Shown here: positions 40,331 through 52,351 of the stretch, piece by piece
How positions within the stretch are numbered: the first letter of the stretch is position 1
Layout: every line of letters starts with the position of its first letter
Assembly: GCF_963921235.1 (NCBI RefSeq)
Contig: NC_086097.1
Span: 88,042,001-88,106,000 of the forward strand
Origin: Mobula hypostoma
Lineage: Eukaryota
DNA: 64,000 bases
Direction: 5' to 3'
Notes under the pieces: model-generated
What the model was told of the DNA's origin: nothing
What the model saw: only the letters and a program-made list of their open reading frames with translations
Databases searched by the model: none
Made by a program: the position numbers and the translations under genes

Positions 40331-42499
40331 TATTTAATGCCATCTCTTAATTGAATTGAGTGCAATAGGCTTCTACCTTGAACTGTGACAATCCTTGTGG
40401 TGAAGGTTCTTCTACTTTGCTTTCGGGGAAGGAGTTTATGGATTTAGATCCAGTGAAGTTTCTAATCAGGATGCTGGGTGTAAATTTAAAAGTATGAAGT
40501 GTGATCTTATCGAGACATCTACCATTTCATGTCCTTATTGCCTAAGGACATGATAAGGCATATATATTTTGATGATTTCACCTGTGGGTGAGTCTCAAGC
40601 AAAGAGCCACAGTTTTATGATAATGGACACTTAGATAAAATATGTAGAAATTGTTCTCTCACAGTGGCTGGTGAAGTAATTTCTCAAATGTTATGATGCA
40701 GTGAATTGTGGGGGTAGGATCATTAAAAGTATTTCAAGAGCAGACAGATAAATTTTTGAAAGATTGGGAATTGAGTGTTATGATGGAGGAAGTAGACAAT
40801 GATTATATTGAATGGTAGGCTTGAGGCCCACCACTCCAATTTTCATATGCTCTTGAACGTAAACCAGGAGGTGGCAGTGTGTGCACACATCAATGACCCT
40901 CATTCTCGGTGCTAAAAACCCAAGAGGTTTGGAAGGTGCTTCAACAAAATTTGATGAGCTACAACAGTGAGTTCTGCAGATGGCACAGACTGATGGAGAT
41001 AGATAGAGTAAGTGCTTAGAGGGGTTTATAGTGTATCAGTCAATTGATCTGCTTTATTGAGTTGAATTGAGTTTCTTGAGTGTGCAAAAGCTGTGGTTGT
41101 TCAGGCAAGTGCAAAGGAACTTGTCACTGACTTCGCAGGAAGAGAAAGGACTTGGGTGAAACTGGAAATGTTTCACACTCTGCAAATTATGTTTGCTCCA
41201 TTTAATTCACAGGTCAATAGTGAATTCGCCATAGTAAAATGCCCGTAGTGTAGGTGAAATGGGAGTGTGAGGAGAGAAATTTACTGAGAAAATTACTGGG
41301 AGAATGGTATGGCTCTCTCAGCCAGCAAAGACGTGATAGGTGAAAAAGTGATATCATTTGCTTTCTTTCCCGTGTCCTCCCCTGTTTTATTGACTCTTCA
41401 AACCTCTTTTACTTTTAAAGCAATCTATGCACTCAACAGTTTTCATTTTAAAAATATACTTGGGTTGAATTACAAATTTAATTGATGATGTCGTTTTTAT
41501 CCTCTTCTTAGAAAACAATCCAGTTCATACCATATGTTCTACTGATGAACAAATAAAGATTGCAAATGAATCCCAAAGATGTGTGATCGCCAGAACTTGA
41601 ACCATTGCTAAAAAGTCAGACAAGAACCATGTGACCAGGCAATTCAACTTGTTCTGGAAGTATAAACTTTTCCTGTAATACATTAAGGCATACAGTAAAT
41701 AGCAGAAACACACAGATTGTTAAATAGAAAAATAATGTTTAATTAATAAATACTCTGAATGCAACAGGAATAAGTCTGATTGGAAGAGCAGCACAACCTA
41801 AAAATTAAAGGAACGAAGAAGAAATGTTGGATGGTGAGAGAAAACAGAAACGCAAATAAATGGGTAAAGATAGATTAATCAGGAGATTTTTAAGTTCCCT
41901 TTCAGAATGTAGGTATTGCTGGCATTGGCAACATTAACCATTCATCCTCTAATTACTCTAGACAAGGTAGGCTTGAAGAGCCTTGTGACTTACTCCTACT
42001 CATGCCTTCCTCTGTCTTGGGAGGTGCAGTTGGATTTGCCTAAGTAACTACAGTGTGTTTTGTAGAGGCTACACACTGTGGCCACTGTGTTTAGGGTGAT
42101 CAATGGCTGTCAATCAAAATGGCTGCATTGTCAAGGATTATGTCAAATTTCTTGAGACTTTTTGGAGCCAGGCAAGTGGGGAGCACAATACTACCTTGCT
42201 TAGTTCTACCCCATCAAGCACTGGTTTGCTATAATGCTCTTGGTCCTCCAGCACAAATACCTAAAAATGCATATTTCTCTGCCGTTAAAATATCAACCGG
42301 GCTGTGTGGCTCAGTGTGAGCCTGGCTTGAATCCGTGCTTTCTGCTGGAGGTCCCATAGCAATTAATTGCTCTTGGTTCACTGTGGATTCAAGCAATGAA
42401 TCAGCCGTGGCTTGGTATGGAGAGGCTGCATCTGAGGGCTGGTGTCGGGCAGAATAGAGCACTCAGCACTGAGATGTGAGGTTCATCACAGATCTGATT

Positions 42500-43650
42500 A
42501 TTACACTGTGCATTGAGGCAGAACAAGGTCAAACAATAACAATGCAGAATAAAGTTTCACAGCAACAGAGAAACAGGTAAATAATAAGGTGCAAGATCAT
42601 AATGAGGTAGTGAGGTCAAAAATCCAATTTATCCCATCAGAAAAGGGGCGAAGAGAAAATGTCCAGGGGAGGTGGGGAATTTGTTTGTGCTGGTTGTTCT
42701 ACTGATGTAGTAAAAAGTATAGTCCAAGACCATAGAGGGGAGGTTGGTTTCCATGATGTGCTGAGCTGTGTCCATGACTCTGTGCAGTACCCTGCAGTCC
42801 CATGCAGAGCGGTAGCTATACCAAACTGTGATAGCATCTAGATAGGATGCTATCTATGATGCACCGATTAAAAGATCAGTGAGGGTCGACGAGAACGTGC
42901 CAGATTTCTTTAGCCTCCTGAGACAGTAGAGGCATTGGTGAGGTTTCTTGGCTGTGATGCCAATGTAGTTGGATCTGGACAGGCTATTGGTGTTGTCTGC
43001 TCCTGGGAACTTGATGCTCTCAACTCTCATCCTCAATGCCAGAGACGTAGACAGGAGCATGTGCACTGCCTCCTCCCCCACCCCTCCTTACATCAATGAC
43101 CTGCTCTTTTGTTCTACTTACGAACATTGACGAAATGTTGTCATGTTAACATGTTACTAAGCTCTCTATCAACTTCCTGTACTCCAACTCACCATTATTT
43201 GAGATCTGGGCCCGTACTGTGGTATCGTCTACAAATTTTTACATGGAGTTAGAGGAGAATTTGACCATCCAGCCATGAATGTACAGGGAGCAGAGTAGGG
43301 AACTGAGGATGCAACCTTGTAGAGCACCAGTGTTTAGAGTAATCATGGAGGAAGTGTTGCTTCCTATCCTTATGCGTTAAGGTCTGTTGGTCAGGAAGTC
43401 AAAAATCCAGTTGCAGATGGACATGTTGACTCCCAGGATCCGGGGTTTGATGATGAGTTTGCTTGGATTTATAGTATTGAAGGCAGAGCTGAAGTCAATA
43501 AACAATAGACTGAGACATTTGTCTTTATTGTCCAGAAGCTTCAGAAATATGTAGGACCAGGTCAATGGACCTGTTTTGGTCCTACATTATATTGCAGTGG
43601 GTCAAGGTTGTCAGAATGGCTGGAGTTATTGTGAGCCATGATAAAAAGAT
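42500..43650 (-). mobile_element. Rex1/Babar LINE RT fragment
   Basis: LLFIDFSSAFNTINPSKLI..ICNWIFDFLTNRP (43377..43565); LYCLRRLKK. Confidence 0.8.
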
Positions 43651-44387
43651 ATGCTGCTATTGTATTTATGTGGCTGATCCATTTACAGCATTATTGAATT
43701 ATACAGCATGGGAACAGGCTACTTAGCCCAACTTACCCACACCAACAAGTGGCAGCCTTCCATATTAATTGCATTGAAGACCAAGGGTCAATTGATAGTC
43801 TGGATTGAAACCCAAGGGTCAAGTAGAAAGTCCAGAGGTCAAGGTCTGATGGTCAGAGTTTGAGTTTGTGAATCTCTGAGTCTGCTGGGGAAGACCAACA
43901 TCTGTGAATCCACGAGTCCACGGCAGGCCGAAGAAGACAGCCTGTCCTGGGGTTATGTGCATGGGTGGCAGGCAGGGAGGAGTGGGCCTTGTTCTGACTT
44001 TGTTTCTTGGAGTGTTCTGTTTTATTATGTACTGTGTTGTTCTGCCAAGCAGCGTGGGCATGCTACGTTAATGCCAGAATGTGTGGCAACACTTGTGGGT
44101 TGCTCCCTGCATGCCCTTGGGTGTGTTGGTTGTTAACACAAATGATGCACGTCTCTTCAATGCACATGTGATAAATAAATCTAAATCTGAAATATCCCAG
44201 TACTTGGTTTATGGCTTTCCCTGCCTTGGCAGTCCAAGTGTACATCTAGATACTGCTTAAATACAGCCACTTAAACAGCTTTGACCGCTCACTCAGACTG
44301 TCTATTTCAAATAATTACTACTGTCTCGGTGAAGAAAGTCCTCCCTTCATATCTCCTCCAAATCGCTTCATCTTTACCATAAATCTA

Positions 44388-44940
44388 CACACAGAGGTCA
44401 CTTGATTAGGTTCCTCCTGTACCTAATAAAGTGGCCATTGAGAGTATGTTTGTGATCTTCTGCCTCTGTAGCTCGTTCATTTCAGGGTTCAACGTGTTGT
44501 GCGTTTAGAGACACTCTTTTGCACAGCACTGTTGTAATGCGTGGTATTTGAGTTACTGTCAGCTTAACCCAGCCTGGCCATTCTTCTCCGGTCTCCCTCA
44601 TTAACAAGGCATTTTTACCCACAGAACTGTTGATCATTGAAGGTTTTTTTTGTTTATTGCATAATTCTCTGTAAATTCTCGAGACAGTTGTGCATGGAAA
44701 TCCTAGGAAATGCAGTTTCTTAGATACTCACAGCACCCTGTCTGGCACCAACAATTCTTCCAGGGCCAGAGTCACTTAGATCACATTTCTTCCCCACTCT
44801 GATGTTTGGTCTGAACAACAACTGAGCCTTTTGACCATGTCTGCATGCTTTTATGTATTGATTTGCTGCTCGATATCTGATTAGATATTTGCATTAACGA
44901 GCAGGTGTACAGGCATACCTAATAAAATGGCCACTGAGTG
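44388..44940. mobile_element. Tc1/mariner non-autonomous element (copy 1)
   Basis: TA on both flanks; right TIR TACCTAATAAAATGGCCACTGAGTG; homologous to 50976-51511. Confidence 0.8.
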
Positions 44941-45845
44941 TATGTCCTCTAGTTTTAACTACCTCTGACATGGGGAAATGTTTCCTGCAATCTACTCTAG
45001 TTGAGTGGCTGGTTAATGGGGACAGCCAGGCAGTTAATGTTTGGTGATTCATGGTGTCATGAATAAGTGATTATCAAGGAACCATCACGCTCCAGTCCTT
45101 CTGACAATCCAAACAGACACACGTTTTTCACAACCAACCAGGGTTGGAATATGTCAGTATATTTGCTGATTGACCCACATACACCAAACAAACCAGCCTC
45201 AAAAAACTGCCTCTTATTTACCCCCACTTGCTTTATCCATCACATTGCTCTTCACACCAACAAGTTTGAAGTGTGTGCTTTCTTCAACATTCCTTCTATC
45301 TCTATTTGTACATCCATCAGTGGCACTCAGTTCAGTCCTTACAGCCTGGCATCTCTGTCTCCATCACCCATCGATCAGGTGAACCCACACTCATATGTTC
45401 AGTCAAATGTTTGTTTTTTCCTGGATCGCTGGTTAAATAGGCACAACAAGGACTGGAGATATCTTGCCATAGTTTTCCAGCTGATATCAAACAAAGAAAT
45501 CTTGGAGATAATTTCCGCATCACTGGCTATTGGAAATGGAATGACTGGAGCTTTGCAGCTGTCTGGTGACAGACTTGGCAATGTTGACTTGATTTCACGT
45601 GAGTGCAATGTAATATTAATTATCTCACTGGAGGCATTGACAACATAAAAAACAGGAACAGGAGTTGGCCAACTGGCCCATCAAGCTTGTTCTGCCTTTC
45701 AGTAAGATCCTGGCTGTTCTGGCCATGGATTCAGCTCCTTTTCCCCATAGCCCTTATTTCCACTGCTATGCAAAAACCTGCCTAACTGTGTCTTAAATAT
45801 TTTCAATGAGGTAATTTCTACCATTTCGCTGGGAAGAGAATTCCA

Positions 45846-46661
45846 AGGTTCCAAAGGTACAATTTAATGTCAGAGGAATGTATACAATGTACATCCTGAA
45901 ATGCCTTTTCTTTGCAACCATCCACAGAAACAGAGGAGTGCCCCCAAAGAATGAATGACAGTCAAATGTTAGAACCCCAAAGTACCCCCCCCCCACCCAG
46001 CTCCCCTCTCCCACGCGTAGGCAAGAATCCCCCTTCCCCCTGCCGGCACAAAAAAGCATCGGCACCCGCCACGGAGCACTCAAGCGTGAGCAAAGCAACA
46101 GTAAGGACACAGACTTGCAGTTACCCCAAAGACTACATTGTTCACCTGGCATTCGACATACCACAGGTTCTCTCTCTCCCTCATAACGGAGAAAGAGGTG
46201 TCACCATTTTCATAGCAAGTGGGGAGACATAACAAACAACTCACTGGTTTACAATGTTAAAAGTCTGCCACGTCGCTTTTTTTGTGCTCTGTGCCCAAAG
46301 ATCACGAGCGCATGGGCACACAGCCGCAGATATTCCCACTCCCCTGACAACACACGGGCCTCCTGTCGTGATACCGACCCTTGATCCTTCCGTCTCCAGA
46401 GCCCCGAGATCCTAGGCTTCCAAAACCGAGCCAAATACTTAGGGCGAGCCCTTGGTGTGCCAAACAACAGCCAGTCCTGAAACCCCGAAAGCGGGTCCCA
46501 TTCCTGCAAAGAACCATAGTCAGCATATAACTCCAGGTCAGGATCTTCAAAAGAACCCTGAAAGGGTAAAATAGAGATATTAAAGATGGAAATAGAGCTG
46601 TTTACAAAGATGCAAACAAAGGAGTTGCTGTTTAGCGCCATCATCACTCTGCTCCGCCTCT
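45846..46661 (-). mobile_element. Apparently full-length non-coding retroposon (GATGGCG 5' motif, LINE-like 3' tail)
   Basis: TTCCA TSD at 45841-45845 and 46662-46666; 5' AGAGGCGGAGCAGAGTGATGATGGCG; tandem TTGGAACC-type tail. Confidence 0.7.
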
Positions 46662-46764
46662 TTCCAGATACGCTACAAACAAAACCATTTACACCTTATC
46701 TATGTCCTAAATCTACTCCCCCCCAAATCTTGAGCTTATATTCCCTAGTTCTGGTCTCACCAAC

Positions 46765-48153
46765 TGTCACAATGGCGGAGGCATTGGGAGCAAGGGAGGA
46801 CCCAAATGCAAGACACATCTTGTGAGGTTACTTAGATTTAGTTTATTGTTCAATACCAGGAGAGCAAGGCAGGAGCAGGAGTAGCAAACTGGACAAGGAC
46901 TGAGGACTACGACTAGGCTGGGGCCAAGGGTCTGGGCTAGGACTCGGAATCGGCTCCCAGAACTAGAGGAGACATGAAGAGGCTCGGGTATGGAGTCCGA
47001 GCCCGAGACTGGGCAAGGACCCAGTACCTGGATCTTGCCTCGGGCTCGGACCCCAGAACCAGGCATGGACATGACATGGGCTAGGGAGAGGAGGAACATG
47101 GAAAACAGAGCCTCGGTCTTGGGAGAGCAGGTACATGGAACCATGGGCACATACACAGAACACAGAGTCGGGACCCAACCTTGGGTACAGGACATAGGGC
47201 CGGGACTCATGGCCCTCCACGGGGCAACGGCAAGACGGCCTGACTTACCCCACGGAGGCGAGAACGAGACACGACAAGACATGACTCCCCGCGGGGCAAC
47301 GGCAAGACGGCCTGACTTACCCCACGGAGGCGAGGACAAGACAAGACAAGACCAACACAAATGAACACCAGACAGTACCTATCTAGCTCCGGTGATGGAA
47401 CTAGACCAAAGTGCAGGCAGGGGCTGCAGACGAGGGCTAGAGGCGAGAGGGGCAGAGAAGGGATTCAGACAGGGGTGGTAGGACAGGAATCACAGACCGC
47501 CAGAGCCAGGACTTGACTCGGAACTGGGAAGTCGCCAGGGCCAGGACTGACATGGTACTTGAGTGCCGCCAGAGACAGGACTTGGATGTGGTACTTGAAT
47601 GCCGTCAGGGTCAGGACTTGGACGTGGTACTTGGATGCCGCCAGAGCCAGGACATGGACCAGGTACTTGGATGCCACCAGAGCCAGGACGTGGACGTGGT
47701 ACTTGGATGCCGCCGGAGCCAGGACGTGGTGCTTGGAACCTCCGAGTAGTGCCGAGCTCTCGACTCAGCCCAGGAACAGTAGACAGCAGCTCTTGATTCT
47801 CTCCGGCGGGTTAACTGACAGACCCACCTTGATGAGGAAACTTTGCAGGCTTGCTTTGGTGAGGTAACTGGACAGGGTTGCTCCGGTGAGGAGAGGCAAA
47901 TTACCAGCATTCGCTTCGGGCGGAGACTAGGCTTGCTCTGGCCAGAAGACATTGGCACGTCATGACTTTGCAGACTTCGCAGACGCTCCTGCACCAAACG
48001 GCTGAAAGCTGGAGACTTTAAACTACCGGTTCAGCCGAGTGTTAATTGCCTCTAATCACCAAAGTCGAGGGACACGGGTAAACAGGGAATCAACAGTCCG
48101 GATCGTAACATAAACAAGCTAAATTTAAAGGGACCCCGATCCGGACCATGACA
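46765..48153 (-). mobile_element. Solo LTR (1389 bp) with internal tandem repeats
   Basis: TGTCA...TGACA termini; 5-bp TSD CCAAC (46760-46764, 48154-48158); AATAAA on the minus strand at ~46845. Confidence 0.85.
47499..47735. repeat. ~36-bp tandem minisatellite (about 6 units) inside the solo LTR
   Basis: GCCAGAGCCAGGACGTGGACGTGGTACTTGGATGCC-like units in head-to-tail array. Confidence 0.9.
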
Positions 48154-48774
48154 CCAACCAGTGGAAACAGTTTTCCTGCCTCTTTCTTATTTATCTCCTT
48201 CATAATTTTGTAAGTTTCTATAAGATCTCTTCTCATTCTTCTGACTTCCAGTGAGTATAGTCCCAAGCAACTCAATCTTTCCTCACAGACTAATCTCCTC
48301 ATCTCCAGAATCACCCTGGTGAACCTCTAAAATCGGTATATTTTTCCTCAAGAAAGGAGACCAGAAATGCATGCAGTACTGCAAGCACACTTTCACTAGT
48401 ACCCCATACTAGAGGTCTACTTTTTATCCCCGACTACCCCACCTTCACCCATCAACCCAATCCCAACCCCAACTTTACCCATAATTGGGAAATGTTATGC
48501 AGAATGCAGTACCACCTGATAATCCAATAGGCCCTCACTGGTAAATACTGAAGGCTGGTGGAAGAGCATCTGAGGTATACAGAGCATGTCTTGAGCATGC
48601 CAGTGGCCTGCTTGATGGTACATCTCGATGATGTATCACAAAGCAATTACAAAATAGAACAAGTCACTCATCTATGCCACTGCTTATCTGATGTATGGGC
48701 TTCTTACTTCTTCATAATTTAATCGTGTCAACATATCATAGAAATATAGCTGTGCCAAAAATGTCCTTACCTTA

Positions 48775-49302
48775 GAAATTACCTAGGGTTATCCATAGCC
48801 CTCTATTTTTCTGAGCTCCATGTACCTGTCTAGGAGTCTCTTAAAAGACCCTATTGTATCTGCCTCCACCACCGTCGCTGGCAGCCCATTCCACGCACTC
48901 ACCACTCTCTGTGTAAAAAAACTTACCTCTGACATCTCCTCTGTACCTACCTTCAGGCACCTTAAAACTGTGTCCTCTCGTGCTAGCCATTTCAGCCCTG
49001 GGAAAAAGCCTCTGACTATCCACATGATCAATGCCTCTCATCATCTTATACACCTCTGTCAGGTCACCTCTCATCCCCCGTCGCTCCAAGGAGAAAAGGC
49101 TGAGTTCACTCAACCTATTCTCATAAGGCATGCTCCCCAATCCAGGCAACATCCTTGTAAGTCTCCACTGCACCCTTTCTATGGTTTCCACATCCTTCCT
49201 GTAGTGAGGTGACCAGAACTGAGCACAGTACTCCAAGTGGGGTCTGACCAGGGTCCTATATAGCTGCAACATTACCTCTCAGCTCTTAAACTCAATCCCA
49301 CA
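48775..49302 (-). mobile_element. CR1 LINE 3' fragment
   Basis: ORF 48841..49272 MLQLYRTLVRPHLEYCAQFWSPHYRKD. Confidence 0.9.
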
Positions 49303-49770
49303 TGGCTCCGAAACTCAATCAATATCTGTCTGCTCCTTTCTCCCATTCTTTCTTACCTGCTTTCAGCACATTGCTGATGTTCTTTTTATCGGAGGAATTC
49401 AGCTTCAGTAGCCTTCTGCCAAACTTCTTTTACACCTTTTAGAGTATCTCTATTTTCTTTTTCTGCAATGCAGTAATCAGAAGTGACCAGAATTCCCAGT
49501 GTGATTCAAGGCTCTATGTCAGTTCAATTTTTGATCTTCACTTCCTTCCCTGTAGAACCTGACCCAATAATTTTGCATGGTTTTTCTAAGGGTTTATTGA
49601 ATTTTGGCACCTGGACACTGATCCCCTCTGTCTTCTCATCCATTGTAGCATTTAGTGGAAGTGTTGTCCTTCCCAAATGGGTGTAAGATTAGCAGCTGTG
49701 ACCAGTGGTGAGTTCACCTGGAAACTGATAATTTTGTGCAAACTCTCATTCTCAAGAAGTATTGAAACCT

Positions 49771-50008
49771 AAACAACAGGAATTCTGCAGATGCTGGAAA
49801 TTCAAGCAACATACATCAAAGTTGCTGGTGAACGCAGCAGGCCAAGCAGCATCTATAGGAAGAGGCGCAGTCGACGTTTCAGGCCGAGACCCTTCGTCAG
49901 GACTAACTGCTTCCTTCAGTTAGTCCTGACGAAGGGTCTCGGCCTGAAACGTCGACTGCGCCTCTTCCTATAGATGCTGCTTGGCCTGCTGCGTTCACCA
50001 GCAACTTT
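49771..50008. mobile_element. Very young Penelope-like insertion forming a perfect palindrome
   Basis: Identical 94-bp inverted arms 49816-49909 / 49917-50010; TSD GAAGTATTGAAACCT at 49756-49770 and 50009-50023. Confidence 0.92.
49922..49957 (+). ncRNA. Minimal type-I hammerhead ribozyme (mirror copy on the minus strand at 49869-49904)
   Basis: AGTC-CTGACGA-AGGGTCTCGGCCT-GAAA-CGTC-GACT; intact CUGAnGA and GAAA boxes; predicted GUC cleavage after 49953. Confidence 0.7.
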
Positions 50009-50399
50009 GAAGTATTGAAACCTGCTGTTCTTCTAGAGAAAAAGTATTCAACTTACCTAAAATGAATTTTTTATAGCTGTTGTTGGGAGGCTCCTGTGTT
50101 TTATCGATGGGGTTGTTCATAATTGTGACCTGATAAGTTTGAAATCTGCAAATATCTACCCTTTGTGTCTGTCTGGATCGTCAGAGTTTGAAAGGAACAT
50201 GATAACTCCATGCCAACCTGGCATATGCCCCTGAAATCTTTCCTTGTGTTTGCACGCTACTTGCAGGCTGATGGAATAAGATCTCTTGTGGTTAGTGTAT
50301 AACTGTGGGGTTGTTTTGTAGCTCATAAATTGCTATGTCTGGCCAGTGTTGGTGCCCCATTCCCATGGAGAGTCAATCAGAATCCAAGCCCCTATTCCT

Positions 50400-50713
50400 T
50401 TTTTTTTGGCGTGTGCCTGTGTGCCTGCAAGTCTGAGCGTGTGCGTGCATGCGCCTCTGTGCGTGTCCGTGATGATGGATTTTTCATGGCTTTTTCCAAG
50501 GTGCAGAGCGAGAGAGAGAGACTGTGTGGTGCGCCACTCCTGACGCAGACATTTTCGCAGTATTTTCCCTTTGTTTTACGAGGTCGAGTTGCGGTCTCGA
50601 CACTCAACCCGGCACGGATGGAAAGCGTGCTCAGGAGTGGACCTGACTAGTTTCGAACCCGGGAACCTCCGCTCCCAGGTCTGGCGCCAATGTCGTTGTG
50701 CCACCAGCCGGCC
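50400..50713 (-). mobile_element. tRNA-derived SINE with poly(A) tail (copy 2)
   Basis: Box A-like TGGCACAACGAC and box B GGTTCGAAAC; perfect 16-bp TSD CCAAGCCCCTATTCCT at 50384-50399 and 50714-50729. Confidence 0.9.
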
Positions 50714-50975
50714 CCAAGCCCCTATTCCTATTGAGTGAAAACTGCCTGATGCTAAAATATGCTTGTTGAACAACATGGAATACTTAGGCTTGGTAAGCTA
50801 CGATGACGTCCAAGCAATAGAGTAGGTTCCCAAAAGTACTTATTTTTAATGCACAAATGGTCATAAATAATGAAGTGAAGTTGCATTTATATTTAGGATG
50901 TCCTTCAATGTAATACAACAAGGAAGTACTTTCCTCAGTCAATATTGCAATGCACAAAGTACTGCAGCCAATCTA

Positions 50976-51511
50976 CACTCAGTGGCCACTTTATTAGGTA
51001 TCTCCTGTCCCTAATAATGTGGCCACTGAGTATATGTTTGTGCTGCTGTAGCCCATCCACATCAAGGTTCAATGTTTGCACGTTCAGAAATGTTCTGCAC
51101 ACTGCCATTGTAAAGTGTGGTTATTTGAGTTATTGTTGACTTCTTGTCATCTTGAACCTGCCTGGTCGTTCTCCTATGACTTCTCTCATGAACAAGGCAT
51201 CTTTAGTTACTGGATTTTGTTTTTTGTTTTTGTTTTTTTTCACACCATTTTCTGTAAGTTCTAGAGACTGTCATGTGTCAAAAATCCCAGGAGACCAGCA
51301 GCTTCTGAGATACTCAAACCACACCATCCAGCACGGACTATCATTCCATTGTCAAAGTCACTTAGATCACATCTTTTCCCCACTCTGATGATTTGTCTGA
51401 AATAGAAGAATCTCTTGACCTTTGTTTAGTTGCTGCCACATGATAGGCTGACTAGATACTTATATTAACAAGCAGATGCACAGGCATACCTAATAAAGTG
51501 GCCAGTGAGTG
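50976..51511. mobile_element. Tc1/mariner non-autonomous element (copy 2)
   Basis: TIR CACTCAGTGGCCACTTTATTAGGTA / TACCTAATAAAGTGGCCAGTGAGTG; TA on the left flank. Confidence 0.85.
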
Positions 51512-51552
51512 CATGTGTAACAGATTTCCACTAACAATGATTTGATGATGAT

Positions 51553-51965
51553 TGGGCCTGTACTCACTGGAGTTCTGAAGAATGACATATGACCTCATTG
51601 AAGCCTATCAAATATTGAAAGACCTCAATAGAGTGGATGTGGAGAGGATGTTTCCTGTGTGGGGGAGTCTAAGACCAGGGGACACAGCCTCAGATTAGAG
51701 GGGCATCCTTTTACCACGGAGAAGAGGAGAGATTTTTAGTCAGAGAGTGATGATTCATTGCCACAGGTGGCAGTGGAAGCCAAGTCTTCATGTATATTTA
51801 GGGCAGAGGGTTGATAGATTCTTGATTAGTCAAAGCATGAAGATGCGTGAGGGGAAGGAAGAAGACTGGGGGTGAAAGGGAAAACAGATCAACCATGATG
51901 AAATGGTGGAACAGACTCAATGGGCCAAATGGCCTAATTCTACTCCTATACCTTTGGCCTTATCT
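51553..51965 (+). mobile_element. CR1 LINE 3' fragment
   Basis: GGCCTGTACTCACTGGAG...GACCTCATTGAAGCCTAT and 3' UTR ATGGGCCAAATGGCCTAATTCT. Confidence 0.8.
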
Positions 51966-52351
51966 TATCTTTTAGTAATAGTGAGTGAGATATACATATT
52001 TGCAGGGACAGCGCCCCTGTTCTTGTTTGAAAGTGTGTCTTTGGATCTTTTCGATGATCAAACATTGAACAGTACAGCACTGGCTCACCTTGTCTGTGTC
52101 GACCATGATGCCAATTTAAACTAATATCATTTGCCACATGTACTCTGTATCTCTGTATCTCCGTCCTGTTTATGTATCTGTCTAAATTCCTCTTCGTTGT
52201 TGCTTCTACCACCTTCATCAGACACTTACAACTCTGTCTAAATAAAAAAAACTAATAAATCTCTTTTAAACTTTTCCCTTTTCCCCTCAAGCTTATGCTT
52301 TCTAGAAATTGACATTTCTACACTAGGAAAAAAGACTGTCTACTCAATCTA

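Larger units (their letters stand above)
45650..48410 (-). mobile_element. Degenerate CR1 3' fragment hosting two younger insertions
   Basis: 3' end AACATAAAAACAGGAACAGGAG. ORF 48090..48314 ERLSCLGLYSLEVRRMRRDLIETYKIM. The host rejoins across 45846-46661 and 46765-48153. Confidence 0.75.

Noticed and set aside
47499..47735. 36-bp repeats resembling a CRISPR array
   Set aside because: The units are contiguous with no unique spacers, there are no cas genes, and they lie inside a solo LTR in eukaryotic DNA.
36740..50713. tRNA genes at ~36750-36824 and ~50640-50713
   Set aside because: These are tRNA-like SINE heads joined to a common body, tail and TSDs; I see no convincing cloverleaf.
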